From Octopus vulgaris (Eukaryota): a stretch of 64,000 nt of DNA. The stretch covers positions 23,746,001-23,810,000 of the forward strand of contig OX597830.1 in assembly GCA_951406725.2 (NCBI GenBank). The letters are read 5' to 3'. Positions 41,005-56,296 of this stretch are shown in pieces. A program made the translations under genes and the position numbers. The notes beneath the pieces are model-generated. The model was not told the DNA's origin. It made no database searches and saw nothing but the letters and a program-made list of their open reading frames with translations. The first letter of the stretch is position 1. Each line of letters begins with the position of its first letter.

Positions 41005-41494
41005 CACACACGCACGCATACGCATCCACACTCACTCACCTACACACACACACGTACACATACATATATATATTCTTATACAAATATACAAACACACGAA
41101 TGGCGATACACCATCAATACAGGGTTATTCAAAATGCTTTCAAAAATCCATGAATAACGAGTGGATTGTTGATAATACTGTTGTGCATGTCACCCCTACA
41201 CACACACACATTCACAGATATACATATACATGTGCATGTACAAACGTGTAAGCACTCGATAAAGATGGTTATGTGATACTTATATCACAAATAATTTTGA
41301 AATGTAGGAAGCTGTAATTTTTTTATCAGCCTGCTCTATTGAAACACTCTTTAAAATGCCACTGTGCTTTCTTCATCGTGAATAATGTGTAGGACTTGTA
41401 ATTCTTTAGGAAAAAATAAACAGCATGCGCTTTCTATATATATGTATATAAATTTAAATATGTATATATTCGAGTATAAGTATACATAAATTCA

Positions 41495-41529
<35 letters not shown>

Positions 41530-41654
41530 GTGTGTACGTTTGCATATATGTGTATGCGTAGAAGTATGTATTTGTAATCGTCTTTTCTAGAAGTTGCTAC
41601 GTGTGTATATTTTACTTAAAAATGCTTATGTGAATTTATATGCCTTTTTAAATG

Positions 41655-41716
<62 letters not shown>

Positions 41717-41867
41717 TGTATATATATATATGGTGTGTGTGTATGTGTGTATGCTTATATATGTGTTTGTGTAAATTGTGGTCGTGGATAATCAGGGCTT
41801 CACAGGCGTCTTGATATACATGTATATACATACGTACACTTAAACAAAACTAAATACACAAACACAC

Positions 41868-41928
<61 letters not shown>

Positions 41929-41964
41929 CATATGTATATATATATATATATATATATATTTATG

Positions 41965-42008
<44 letters not shown>

Positions 42009-42625
42009 CATGGTGCATGTATGTATGTATGAATATAATTACATATACATTATATATAAAAATATTTATATATACATCACTTTCTTACTTGCTTTCCCTA
42101 AATACCTATTTACACTCAGGCATACAGTTATACGTGTGTGAGAAAACCATTTATATATACACATATAAAATACTCTCCTTTTCTAAACATTGCTTACATA
42201 AGCATACATACACATACACACAAATTCATGAGTATATACACATGTATACATACATATATATATATATAGATTCATAAACATTCACTGGTGACTAATTATA
42301 TACGTTAAGGGATCTTTAGAATTTCACTTAAAATAAACAAGGAAGTTGACGGGTGAGAGAAATTTAAATAGAAACACTGTTTGTGACTGGGGTTTTTTGC
42401 TTCTTTTTCAACTAGCAACGTTGGATGGACTGTATGGGAATGGCGAGAGTTGGTGGAAACGGTGTTACTGTTTGAGTTGGGGTAGGATAGTATTGGAGAT
42501 ATGGAGCGATGCGGGATGTGAGAGAGTGTGTGGGGAGGTATAATGTGAAACGAGGGTGTTTGATGTCAGTAACTGAATGCTGGCAGCGTGAATGGAAATA
42601 ACATCATCGCACGTATGAATGGATC

Positions 42626-42656
<31 letters not shown>

Positions 42657-42889
42657 ATGTATGTATGTATGTATGTATGTATGTATGTATGTATGTATGT
42701 ATGTATGTATGTATGTATGCATGTATGAATGTATGTATGTCTGAGTATTATATAAATGCTTCACTATACATATATATATATATACACACACACATATGGG
42801 CATGCGTATACTGAGATATAGACGTATAAACGAATAAGTGTTTACATATCTATCTATCTATCTATATAATTGATATATACATACATACA

Positions 42890-42937
<48 letters not shown>

Positions 42938-43217
42938 AGTTATATGCATATGTATTTGTATATATATGCATATATGTATATGAATATATATGTACGCATA
43001 TATTTGCCTAGTCGTACATATATCAACAAATAAATAAATATATACATACATACATACATACATACATACATACATACATACATACATACATACATGTATA
43101 TAAACAGACACAGTACAGATAGAGATAGAGACAAACAGAAAGACATACAGACAGACAGACTGACAGGGAGATAAACCTACAAACAGGAAAGGAGGATCAG
43201 AGAGACAGGAATACTTA

Positions 43218-43750
43218 ATACATACATACGTACATACATACATACATACATGCATACATACATACATGCATACATACATACATACATGCATGCATACATA
43301 CATACATACATACATACATACATACATACATACATGCATACATACATACATACATACATACATGCATGCATACATACATACATACATACATACATACATA
43401 CATACATACATACATACATACATACATACATACATACATGCATGCATACATACATGCATACATACATACATACATACATACATACATACATACATACATA
43501 CATACATACACATGCATACATACATACATACATACATACATACATACATACATACATACATACATACATACATACATACATACATACATACATACATACA
43601 TACATACATACATACATACATACATACATACATACATACATACATACATACATACATACATACATACATACATACATACATACATACATACATACATACA
43701 TACATACATACATACATACATACATGCATACATACATACATACATACATA
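43218..43750. repeat. Very long (CATA)n microsatellite (~530 bp) with CATG variants
   Basis: Seen directly. Confidence 0.97.
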
Positions 43751-44238
43751 TATATATACTCAATCTTAGACCATTATTTTACTTTCATACATATCATTAT
43801 GTATATACCTGCAAGCAAATCTATTTACAAATGTATTCTCAATGCAAGTGCTAATGTGTACATACTATGTTTACACACATATATATACATATACGCAGTT
43901 AAGCATTCACGCTTGTGTATATATGATATGCATTCGTTCCTTTAGTTGACTGCGTGGCTAAAGATACAATTTTGTTTCTTGCAAATGTATATATTTGCGT
44001 TTATGTGTGTATATACTTCAAGCTCCTTTAGAGTAAACATGAAATCTTATCTCTTTATATGATGTTATTACTGATACGCATGTATGTAATGTCTGTATGG
44101 GTGTATTACAATTTTATGTATAGATAAATGTATCCTATATTTGCATATATGTTCGTGTTCATATATATACAAGCATATATACATACATATATACATGCAC
44201 ACACGCACTTATACCACAGGCATAAACTCACACACACA

Positions 44239-44281
<43 letters not shown>

Positions 44282-44341
44282 ATACAAATACCCGTATATG
44301 TGTGGTTTTTAAATATATATATGTATGTATGTATGTATGTG

Positions 44342-44377
<36 letters not shown>

Positions 44378-44416
44378 TAGATAGATATATAGATAGATAA
44401 ATAGGTATATATATAG

Positions 44417-44523
<107 letters not shown>

Positions 44524-44849
44524 CAGATAAAGATATAGATATAGTTTTATATTATGCATATGTATACATATTTGGTTACAAGGAAGATTTGTTCTCTTTA
44601 AAAAAATGTCACGTTAAATCGACCGAACTTTATATACAATAATATATTCAGAAGCGATACGGGGTCTACTTATATATCTAACATAACTGAATAAGGAAAT
44701 AGAGCGAAAGACCTCCTTTCGCTATCGTCTGTAGCCATTATCGGAGTTGTGCTTGAGTGTTTCTGATTCGTCGTAAATATTCAACATTCAACGTCAGCAT
44801 TTTGTTGTAAATGGACTCGTATTTGCGAGGCCATTTCAGGTTGTGGAAT

Positions 44850-44985
44850 GAATGGAAACTGCCTTGGCAAATAGAGCCATATCGTCTGGATACCTTCGAT
44901 TAGTAGTATGCAAGCATGCTGTCTTCTTCCTGTACTGCTTGTGGCATTATCCACTCAGTGTAGATTTTGAACAAGCAGGAAAAAA
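44850..44985 (-). pseudogene. RTE-clade LINE reverse-transcriptase fragment
   Basis: CLFKIYTEWIM..TNRRYPDDMALFA resembles LFNIY.E.IM..NLRYADD.AL.A. Confidence 0.65.
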
Positions 44986-45164
44986 AGAATACAGCCCTGC
45001 CGAACTCCTTTCTTTTTTTTTTTTTTGAACTTTTTTGTGTTCTCATTATTTACTCATTATTATTTCTCATCATTTATTTACCTCATCATTTCTCCTATGT
45101 GGGAAGTGTTATAGAGAAAAGTATAGTGTGAAGTAAAGCATAAGATGTGATGTGAATTATAGAA

Positions 45165-45555
45165 GTGGAAGCACTCCGTCGGTTACCACGATGAGGGTTC
45201 CGGTTGATCCGAATCAACGGAACAGCCTGCTCGTGAAATTAACGTGTAAGTGGCTGAGCACTCCACAGACACGTGCACCCTTAACGTAGTTCTCGGGGAT
45301 ATTCAGTGTGACACAGAGAGTGACAAGGCCGGCCCTTTGAAATACAGGTACAACAGAAACAGGAAGTAAGAGTGAGAGAAAGTTGTGGTGAAAGAGTACA
45401 GCAGGGATCACCACCATCCCCTGCCGGAGCCTCGTGGAGCTTTTAGGTGTTTTCGCTCAATAAACACTCACAACGCCCGGTCTGGGAATCGAAACCGCGA
45501 TCCTATGACCGCGAGTCCGCTGCCCTAATCACTGGACCATTGCACCTCCACTACT
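45165..45555 (-). mobile_element. SINE family R, tail variant 1, full length
   Basis: 14-bp TSD TGTGAATTATAGAA at 45151-45164 and 45556-45569. Confidence 0.93.
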
Positions 45556-45926
45556 TGTGAATTATAGAACCAAACAAGGCACGAGCCATTTGCCAGCTCA
45601 TGAGCAAAATACGGACGAGAACAAGTATAAGAACTACAATGTAGGCGTGTCTTTTATTATGGAATTATCCGGCCAACATCTTTTACTCGTTCAAGCCATT
45701 AGACAGCGGTCATACTGAGGCACCTCCCTGATTAACCCGTAGCTTTATAATAAATACCAAATCAGTGACTGACTTACACCCGCAGACATACTGATCTGAA
45801 CAAGTATATAATTAGTAGTGCGAAGTAGTCATGGGAAAATAAGCAAACATTAGGTTAGTTCAAACGTATTTGATCTAACCTAAAATTTTAGTCAGCCCAG
45901 GGTTATCTCTCTTCGGTATTCTCTAA

Positions 45927-46341
45927 GGCAGCGAGCTGGCAGAAACGTTAGCACGCCGGGCGAAATGCTTAGCGGTATTTCGTCTGCCGTTACGTTGTGA
46001 GTTCAAATTCCGGCGAGGTCGACTTTGCCTTTCATCCTTTCGGGGTCGATGAATTAAGTACCAGTTACTCACTGGAGTCGATGTAATCGACTTAATACCT
46101 ATGTCTGTCCTTGTTTGTCCCCTGTGTGTTTAGCCCCTTGTGGGTAATAAAGAAATAGGTATTTCGTCTGCTGTTACGTTGTGAGTTCAAATTCCGGCGA
46201 GGTCGACTTTGTCTTTCATCTTTTCGGGGTCGATAAATTAAGTACCAGTTACGTACTGGGGTCGATGTAATCGACTTAATACCTATGTCTGTCCTTGTTT
46301 GTCCCCTGTGTGCTTAGCCCCTTGTGGGTAATAAAGAAATA
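45927..46341 (+). mobile_element. SINE family N dimer (head + 2 x 184 bp) inside a single TSD
   Basis: TSD GGTATTCTCTAA at 45915-45926 and 46342-46353. Confidence 0.92.
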
Positions 46342-46584
46342 GGTATTCTCTAATGAAGATGGCGTAAAAAGCTAGAAATGTATCTAGGGCTCCACAAGAG
46401 GGAGCCACTGGACTGGCAATGGTATTTTTACATCTATTAGTATAAAGCGAGAATTTTTTTCCTCCGCAGTAGTCTGCATTGAACTTACCTTTAGAAATTA
46501 TATGGCAGAAGCATATTTGAACTAACTTAAGGTTTGTTTGTAAGTAAATATACGTGCGATAAAGCCAACACACACAAATCCGTT

Positions 46585-46958
46585 TATCTGTCATTGAAGA
46601 ACATTTATTTACCTAAGGAATATCTTTTCAGCGAAGCTAGTTATTCTTCCCAAGAGGTGTCCCGGACTGCGGCAGATTGCTCATGTTACCGGAAGCTAGC
46701 TGCCTTGTGCGTCTCATAACGTGGTAAGACTTAAAGCTGCGTATGAAAATATATACATGTGTGATAAAGTCAACGCACACACATCAGTTCATTTGTCGTT
46801 GACAGCATTTATTTATCTAACATATAACTTTCTAACGAAGCTAGTTATTCTTCATAAGATGTGTGCCGAACTGCGGTGAATCGCCCACGTTACCGGAAGC
46901 TAGCTTTAATGTGCATCTCACAACGCCGTATGTCCTAAATCCATGTAAATAAATATGT

Positions 46959-47009
<51 letters not shown>

Positions 47010-47220
47010 TGTGTGTGTGGGGGGATAAAACTAATACTCATGTCCGTCTATTTGTCGTAGAAGAACACTTATTTATCTCATATATATTTTCTAACGAGGT
47101 TAATTACTCTTACAAAATGGTGACCAATCTGTAGCAGATCGCCCACGCTTACGGAAGCTTGCTGTCTTTTACGTTTCACAACACAGTCATATCAAAATCG
47201 ACGCTAGGAAATATATGTAC
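46585..47220. repeat. Three diverged ~170-bp direct repeats of unknown origin
   Basis: Shared ATTTA..CGAAGCTAGTTATTCTT..CTGCGGCAGAT..TTACCGGAAGCTAGCT..CTCACAAC. Confidence 0.75.
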
Positions 47221-47482
47221 TATTCTTTTATTTGAATCCGGAATGCAAAGACTGACGAAAAGCCCCTAAGCATCTTTCCCGACGTGATAACGATTCTACC
47301 AGCTCACCGCCTTATGATAATAACTAGAGGGACCCGCGAATATTTCACGGATTTAATGGTTAGCTTATTGGGTTATTTCGGAAAAAAAAAACTATCTAAG
47401 TCTAAAACCGTAGCCTTGCGTTGTGCCTGCTAATCCTTGAAAATTGAAGAAAATTGGAATACTTTCTCGTATCTTAGCAATT

Positions 47483-48060
47483 CGGCAGAAACATTAGCAC
47501 GGCGGGTCAAATGCTTAGCAGTATTTTGTTTGTCTTTACGTTCTGAGTTCAAATTCCTCCTTTCGGGGTCGATTAAATAAGTACTTGGTAAGCAGAAACT
47601 GAAAGAAGCCCGTCGTATATACATATGTGCATGTGCATGTATGTGCGCGTGTTTGTATCTGTTTGTCCAACATGTGTTTTAACCCCTTGTGGGTAGTAAA
47701 GAAATAGGTATTTCGTTTGTCTTTACGTTCTGAGTTCAAATTCCGCCGAGGTCGACTTTGCCTTTCCTCCTTTCGGGGTCGATTAAATAAGTAGCAGTTA
47801 CGGACTGGGGTCGATGTAATCGACTTAATCCGTTTATCTATCCTTGTTTGTCCTCTTTGTGTTTAGCCCCTTGTGGGTAGCAAAGAAGTAGGTATTTCGT
47901 CTGTCTTTATGTTCTGAGTTCAAATTCCGCCGTGGTCGACTTTGCCTTTCATCCTTTCGGAGTCGATAAATTAAATACCAGTTACTTACTGGGGTCGATG
48001 TAATCGACTGGCCCCCTCCCCCCAAATTTCGGGCCTTGTGTCTAGAGTAGAAAAGAATAT
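47483..48060 (+). mobile_element. SINE family N multimer (tails A, A, B) with an embedded family M fragment
   Basis: Junctions at 47706/47707 and 47890/47891; 184-bp unit. Confidence 0.85.
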
Positions 48061-48520
48061 TTCCTTTGGGTGTTCATTGGAAGATTGTTTTCTCGGAGTG
48101 TTTTACGAGGGTTGATATCTTATCGCGGAGCTTTACAGTACTTTTAGATGTACAAAGGTTACAATGCATCGCATTACCTAATTAGAAACATGCCTTAGCT
48201 TACATGTTCCATCTCAGATTGAGTGGGATGTTCCCGGGTTTAAGTTACAAGATGTAGCATGAAAATGCGTGGGTCAATTACACACACAAACATGTGTGTA
48301 TGTGTGTGTGTGCATGCGTGCGTTTACGCAAAGAAAGGGAAGTAAAACAGATTGTTAAATGTAGATAGGTAGGTAGATAGTTATATGTGTGTGCGTGCGT
48401 GTATGCGTATAAAGAGATAAATACAGGGGGGATAGATAGGTAGATAGATAGATAGATAGGTAAGTATGTAGGTAGGTAGATAGATAGGTAGATAGATAGA
48501 TAGGTAGGTAGGTAGATAGA

Positions 48521-48556
<36 letters not shown>

Positions 48557-48587
48557 TAGGTAGGTAGATAGATAGATAGATAGATAA

Positions 48588-48768
48588 GTTTCTTTATTGG
48601 CCACACAGGGCTGCACACAGATGGGACAAGTTACAAGGCAGAGCTTTTCTTTTGGAGGATGAAAAAAAAAAAACAGAAAACAAAAGAAACAAAAAAAAAG
48701 GTGGCGTAGGTTTTCGATCAAAAGGGATCGTAAAAGGGAAAAAGAACAAAAAAAAAAAAAAAAAGGGA
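48588..48768 (-). mobile_element. LINE-like 3' end inserted in (GATA)n
   Basis: Homologous to 22642-22828; GATA-type repeats on both sides. Confidence 0.72.
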
Positions 48769-49476
48769 GGTAGATAGGTAGGTAGGTAGATAGGTAGATA
48801 GATAGACAGACAGCGAGATAGGCGGACAGACAGATAGATAGGTATGTAGGTATGTGGGAAGGTAAGTAGGTAGATACGCATTTAAATGAATACATATGTT
48901 TAACTTATGATACATATTGTGCTTTTAAGCGTGAAACATTATACATAACGTTTGGAATAAGATATTAGTTTAGGTTATCCAGAAGTATGGTTTTTGCGAT
49001 GTTTCTTTATATTTTCATAGTAGACATGTAGAACAAGATATATAATGTCTCAGTTTGTAAATGTCTTTTGCTGTACATACTTATAAATATCGTATTTGTT
49101 GACATTGCTTATATCGTGAGTCTGGTTAACGCATCTTGCTCCGAACTTTCTGAAAGGCCCAGCGAACTATCATGCGCAGAACCTTTCATTCTTATCTCAT
49201 AATAAATATACTCGCAGTAGGAGTTTAAAAGGTGGTGAATATAAACTTATACTGGCCAAATATTCTTAAATACTTGATATTTGTACGAGATGGTACCAGA
49301 CAATCGCCAGGCCAAGTATAAAACAAAATAATTACCCATAGGCGAAGGAAGCATATCGTTCCGGGTAGAGTCCCACTGCGTAACATCTTGGGCAATTGTC
49401 TTCTATGATAGCTCCGGGCCGACCAACGCCTTGTGAGTGGATATGGTAGACAGAAGCTGAGAGAAACCCCGTCGTA

Positions 49477-50134
<658 letters not shown>

Positions 50135-51453
50135 ATCACACCGGGCGAAATGTTTGGCGGTATTTCGCCCGTCTTAACGTTAAGAGTTCAAATTCCGCAG
50201 AGACCGACCGTGCTTTTTTATCCATTTGGGGTCGATAAAATAAGTGCCAGTTGAGTACTGGGGTCGGTGTTATCACCTGTCTGCCTTCCCCAAAATTTCA
50301 GGCCTTGTGCCTTTAGTAGAATGGATTATTTTTTTCGAAGTAAACCCTGATCAATAAGACCTTTGAGGAAAGGCAGTCTAACTGTGACCACCCATCCTGC
50401 TTAACAATATCTAGGATTACATTATTTAAAGCAGTTTAGACGTATTTATAACTGTGGAATCGAGGACTATTACTCAGTTATTTCTAGCAATTTGTGTGAA
50501 CAGAAAGAGACCGCTACGTGCCGTGGCGGATAGTTTCCCTAATTAGAATATAGTACGCACCAAAGATAAACATTATTTTCAAAGCTGGTTGCTCAGACGA
50601 CAAATGTAATCTTGGATCGTTCAACAGCCGCTCTTACAAAAGAGATACAGAAAAAGGAATAATAGATATGGAAACAGACACTCTGCCCCCTCTGTCTGTC
50701 CCTCACTCTCGCTATGTTTGTCTCTATCTGTCCACCTCTCTCTCTCTCTCTCTCTCTCAACCGTGTTTGTACAATTTCAACTACAAGACTTATATTTGAA
50801 ATCTTCACTTCCAGATTCGATACTGTCTTAAGATATTTTTATATTGTAAAGTCCATTTAACAAGCCATTTTTTTCATACTTAAAATGTAAAATAATGTAT
50901 GTATGTATGTACGTATGTATGTATATATGTATGTATCTATCTATATATATATGTATATAAACACTCGTGTATATATATGTATGTGTGTGTATAATTATGT
51001 ATACTTATATATAAGTACGTACTTATATACATTTACATACATACTAATACACACACGCATGCACACACGCACGTACACACACATACACACATATACACAT
51101 TTGCACGCATTTATACGAAGTTATACACTTTTAAAACAATTTTATGTGTGAAGTATACGAGACCGTGAGTATATGTTAATGCGTATATTTGTATGAATGC
51201 TTATCAATGAATGCTTATCAATGTGATATATATGTATATATATATATATAAAAAGAAAATGAGCATTTCTAAGGCTACACACTGTGTCTCAAGTATTGTT
51301 GATCATTGTTTTGGTATATTTGAGATGAAATTTAAGAATAGAAAAAAAGGATATCGGAACAAATAACTACTTTAAAGATACAAATATTAAATTTAGTTCA
51401 AAGGAGCACTAATAGAGTTTGATAAACAAGGAATAAAGCTGAAAACAGATACG

Positions 51454-51521
<68 letters not shown>

Positions 51522-51530
51522 TATGTATGT

Positions 51531-51719
<189 letters not shown>

Positions 51720-51814
51720 TACATATATATACATGCATATATAATTATATATATATATATGATTATATACCATGTATATACACATACACACACACACATA
51801 AATACATTTATACG

Positions 51815-51875
<61 letters not shown>

Positions 51876-52704
51876 GGGGAGAGAGAGATAGCCATTCAAA
51901 CATTCTCTCATCGGGGAGCGTAATAGAAAACAACATGAATATATAAACATTTGTTTGTTTTTTTTGTACATATTTAGTAGAAGCCAAGGAAAAATATGTT
52001 TGATTGTTATCGATTGAGACAATTATTTATAATCTTTAGATAATTATTGTTTGTCTAAATAGTTTGAATAATCTGCAAATTGAAAACACCAAACATTTTT
52101 AAACAAAGTACAAGGTTAGTAATTGTGAGGTAGGATGTATTGACGTATCATCGTATCACATAGCAACGTATTAATAAGAAACCGTCTGTCCGTGTGATAA
52201 ACTAGGAGATATTGTACTCTAATGTATACGGTGAATAAATATGACAATAACCATTACGTCGTGTTTATAGGAGTGTGCATATATATGTATACATATATAT
52301 CTCTGCCTCTCTCTCTCTCTCTCTCTCTCTCTTTTCTATCTCTCTTTATATATGTTTATATAGAGTAAAATACAGTGAGCCTCATATCACAAGGACCTTT
52401 GGTTTCCTGTTAGTGTAGGTTGCCTAGAGTTATTCGTTCAGAAGGTTACAGTGCTGGCTCTCATATACATTCGTTTGTTTGTGACATATTTCAAATTTTT
52501 AAAACATAACCACTGCAGTTACTATGGAGAAAGAAATTCACTATTATGGTAAAAGGTGTACAAAAGCAACATCTGCCCAATGTTGCCCTTTGTTGGATTC
52601 CCATATGTATAATATATATATATATATGGATATATATTTTCATTTTTCATTTTATCTAGTTTCAGCTCACGAGCTGTGGCCATGCTGGGGCAATGCCATT
52701 CATA

Positions 52705-52861
52705 GAAAGTTGTGGCGAAAGAGTACAGCAGGAATCGCCACCACCCCCTTCCGGAGCTTCGTGGGGCTTTAGGTGTTTTCGCTCAATAAACACTCACAAC
52801 ACCTGGTCTGGGAATCGGAACCGCGATCCTATGACCGCGAGTCCACTGGGCCATTGCGCCT

Positions 52862-52865
<4 letters not shown>
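52705..52865 (-). mobile_element. SINE family R, 5' part only
   Basis: Homology to 18225-18393. Confidence 0.85.
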
Positions 52866-52905
<40 letters not shown>

Positions 52906-53049
52906 TTACATATATATTAGTAAATTTTCTAGTTAAACTTTGTATAAGAGATGAATGAAAGCAGTATTTATACGGAGAAGTAAGGTTTATCGCCACTTCA
53001 ACATGGCTGTTTCATAGGATTTGATGTTACTACTATGTTAAATATATTC

Positions 53050-53235
53050 CTTCATTTGTTTTAGTCATTTGACTGCGGTTATGCTGGTGTACCGCCTTTA
53101 GTCGAGCAAATCGTCCCCAGCACTTATTTTTTTGTAAGCCAAGTACTTGGGTAAGTGTGTTTTACTATAGTCTCTGACCGACCAACGCCTTGTGAGTAGA
53201 ATTGGTAGAAGAAAACTGAAAGAAGCAAGCACGTC

Positions 53236-53295
<60 letters not shown>

Positions 53296-53520
53296 GTATG
53301 TTTGTATGTATGTTTGTATGTATGTATCTGTGTTTGTCCTCCCAACATCGCTTGACATTGCTGGTGTGTTTACGTCCCCGCCACTTAGCGGTTCGGGAAG
53401 TTAGACCGATAGAATAAGTACTAGGCTTATAAAGTATAAGTCCTGGTGTCGATTTGCTGACTAAAGGCGGTGCTCCAGCATGTCCGCAGTGCCTTGCCTC
53501 AAACTAGTAAAACAATAAGA
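53050..53520 (+). mobile_element. 5'-truncated SINE family M preceded by an inverted M tail (53050-53148)
   Basis: Tail sequence present in both orientations. Confidence 0.75.
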
Positions 53521-53673
53521 GCATATGCGTTCACATATGCGTGCATTGCGTGCGTGTATATATGCTGGTAAGTATGTACGTATGCACGCATGCATGTCTA
53601 TATATATATATATATATATGCGTGTGTGCGTGTGTGTATGTGTGTGTATGTATGTGTGTTTGTGTGTGTGTGT

Positions 53674-53728
<55 letters not shown>

Positions 53729-53754
53729 TGTTTTGTGTGTGTGTGTGTGTGTGA

Positions 53755-54075
53755 AGGCGCATGGCTCAGTGCTTAGAGCGTCGAGCTTACGATCGTGAGG
53801 TTGTGAGTTCGAATCCCGGACCGGGCTGCGTGTTGTGTTCTTGAGCAAGACACTTTATTTCACGTTGCTCCAGTTCACTCAGCTGTAGAAATGAGTTGCG
53901 ATGTCACAGGTGCCAAGCTGTATCTGCCTTTCCCTTGGATAACATCGGTGGCGTGGAGAGGGGAGGCCGGTATGCATGGGCAACTAGTGGTCTTCCATGA
54001 ACAATTTTGCCCGGACTTGGCCTGGGAGGGTAACTTTCTAGGTGCAATCCCGCGGTCAGTCATGACCGAAGGGCG
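53755..54075 (+). mobile_element. tRNA-derived CORE-like SINE
   Basis: A box TGGCTCAGTG, B box GTTCGAATCC, CORE-like TGTGTTCTTGAGCAAGACACTT..CAGTT..CTCAGCTGTAGAAATG. Confidence 0.8.
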
Positions 54076-54101
54076 TCTGAATATATATATATATGCATGT
54101 C

Positions 54102-54355
54102 CTTATTCAGTTTTATTTCAAGATTCGTTGCCATAGAGAAAGAGCCAGTTTCTAACTTAGGTCCAAGACCGCTTCATTTGAATTTGAACAACATCAACAG
54201 GGTATTTTCGTATGTGTGTATGTATGTATGTAAGCATATGTGCATATTTGTATGTATGTATGTATGCATGTATGTATGTATGTATGTATGTATATGTGCA
54301 GATAAGTATGGTTTGTTTTTTATGTATACATTTTCATGCTTATAGTTGCATGCTC

Positions 54356-54386
<31 letters not shown>

Positions 54387-54720
54387 TGTATGTATGTATG
54401 GATGGATGGATGGATGGATGGATGGATGGATGGATGGATTGATGTATAGATGGATGGATGAATTATGTATGTATGAACGTATGCATGCATGCATACATGT
54501 ATGTCATTATTCAGTTTTTCAAGATTCGTTGCCAATAGAGAAAGAGCGGGTTTCGAACTTAGCTCCAAGGCTCCTTCATTGGAATTCCAACAGCATCAAC
54601 AGGGTATTTTTGCATGTATGCATGTAAGTATGTATATGTGCAGATTTGTATGCTTTACTTTGTGTATGTATTCTCATGCATATAGTTGCATATCTAGGCA
54701 TGCTCATATATCTGTATGGC
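54102..54720 (-). mobile_element. Two R4/Dong-like 3' UTR copies embedded in (TATG)n
   Basis: TTATTCAGTTTT..TTGCCA..AGAGAAAGAGC..CAACAGGGTATTTT at 54102 and 54508. Confidence 0.7.
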
Positions 54721-55427
54721 TACGTATGTATGTATGCATATATAATAGTACAATATATAAGTGATTTGTAAGTTAAAAGCGATGGGATTTAATCATCCTT
54801 TGAGTCTCATTAATTTTCTAAAAGCTCACTACACACCCTTATTCAAACAAAAATTTTAAAAATTATATATAACGAAGAAGAAATAAAACCACTTCTGACA
54901 CCTCTAAACTCCTAGAAAACGAACCCCACACACTCGACAAGCCTAACCCGGCCTTCTTACAATGAATCATACAATGGCAGATTTTTATTGAATTTTCATC
55001 CGTAAAATAAAACATGTTTATTCCATATTTAACAGAATCTATATTGTAATAATGGAAAGGTCATTTAAACAAAGGTTATTGCATATAAAATAGAAAGGTT
55101 ATATATATATCAACGGAGACCCGGGGGGGGGCTGGGGGAAAATGGTCTTTCTCTTTATTTATTTATCTATTTATTTATTTTTTGTTTATTTAATTATTTG
55201 TTATGCTAACAAGTTTTATCGCTCGCCTAGAAATGAACGAGAGAATTTGTTTAGAAAGACATTTATCTCGATAAAATGGATTGGAGATGAAATGTTTTGT
55301 TTGGAGAAGAATGAGAAAATTGAGAAAAATTAATAACAACAGATATAAAATAGTTTTATTTGCTGTTTTGTTGGGGGTCAAACATGCTTATTCCACCCCT
55401 GCTCTTTCTCTCTCTCTCTCTCTCTCT

Positions 55428-55476
<49 letters not shown>

Positions 55477-55507
55477 CACTTAGAAATGGATGCTTGGCGT
55501 TCAATTA

Positions 55508-55538
<31 letters not shown>

Positions 55539-56296
55539 TATATATATATATATGTATATACATATATCTTTATATAGATATATATATCTGTTGATTTGTC
55601 TGTCTGTCTTTATCTGTCTGTCACTCTCTCTTTCTCTATCTATCTATTTATCTACACGTGCTATACCCCTTCTCTCTCTTCTAAACTTATTAGCCATCTC
55701 TTCACATCTCATTCTTTCTCTTTCACTCTTTCCTTATTCCTTATGATATATTTTCACCCCATTACCTGAAAGCCTATCTCTCGAGCCTAATGAGGGCCAC
55801 CTACTTAGATATTCAAACTGCTAGAAATAGCAACCAAATCTGCTTTAAAACAAAAGAACACGTAGAATAAAATAGTTCTGAGTTCAAAATACTTAGTAAA
55901 TCCTAGGATTGGTCACCACTGGAACACCCTTTATCTTTTTCTTCTTAATGAAGGCTAACGTAGGATTAAACGACAATAATCTCTCGGACAGAAACGTTGG
56001 CACGTCGGACAAAACGCTTCACCTCATTTCTTTCAGTTCTTTAGGTTCTGAGTTCAAATCTCGCCGAAAAAGATTTTACCTTTTATTCCTTGTCTTATAA
56101 TGGCAGGCCTTGAACCCTGCAACTGATAGCTGTTCCTTTCAGGAGGAGAGGATTGTTATGATCTCGGCTATACGCTTTAGAAACTGACAGGCTTTATGTG
56201 TCCTAGAGCTTGAGGAAGACATCGCACCACTTTCGTGTCTACGCGCGCGTGCGTGTGTGTGTGTGTGAATGTGTGTGTATCTATAGATGTATGTCA

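Noticed and set aside
47324-47440. Helitron-like CTAG plus hairpin ends (also 7533-7555 and a 5' end near 21073)
   Set aside because: Only one terminus visible in each case, so extent cannot be supported.
53755-53830. tRNA-like sequence (also 11835-11910 and 18320-18393)
   Set aside because: SINE heads: no proper acceptor stem, and they continue into SINE bodies, some with TSDs.
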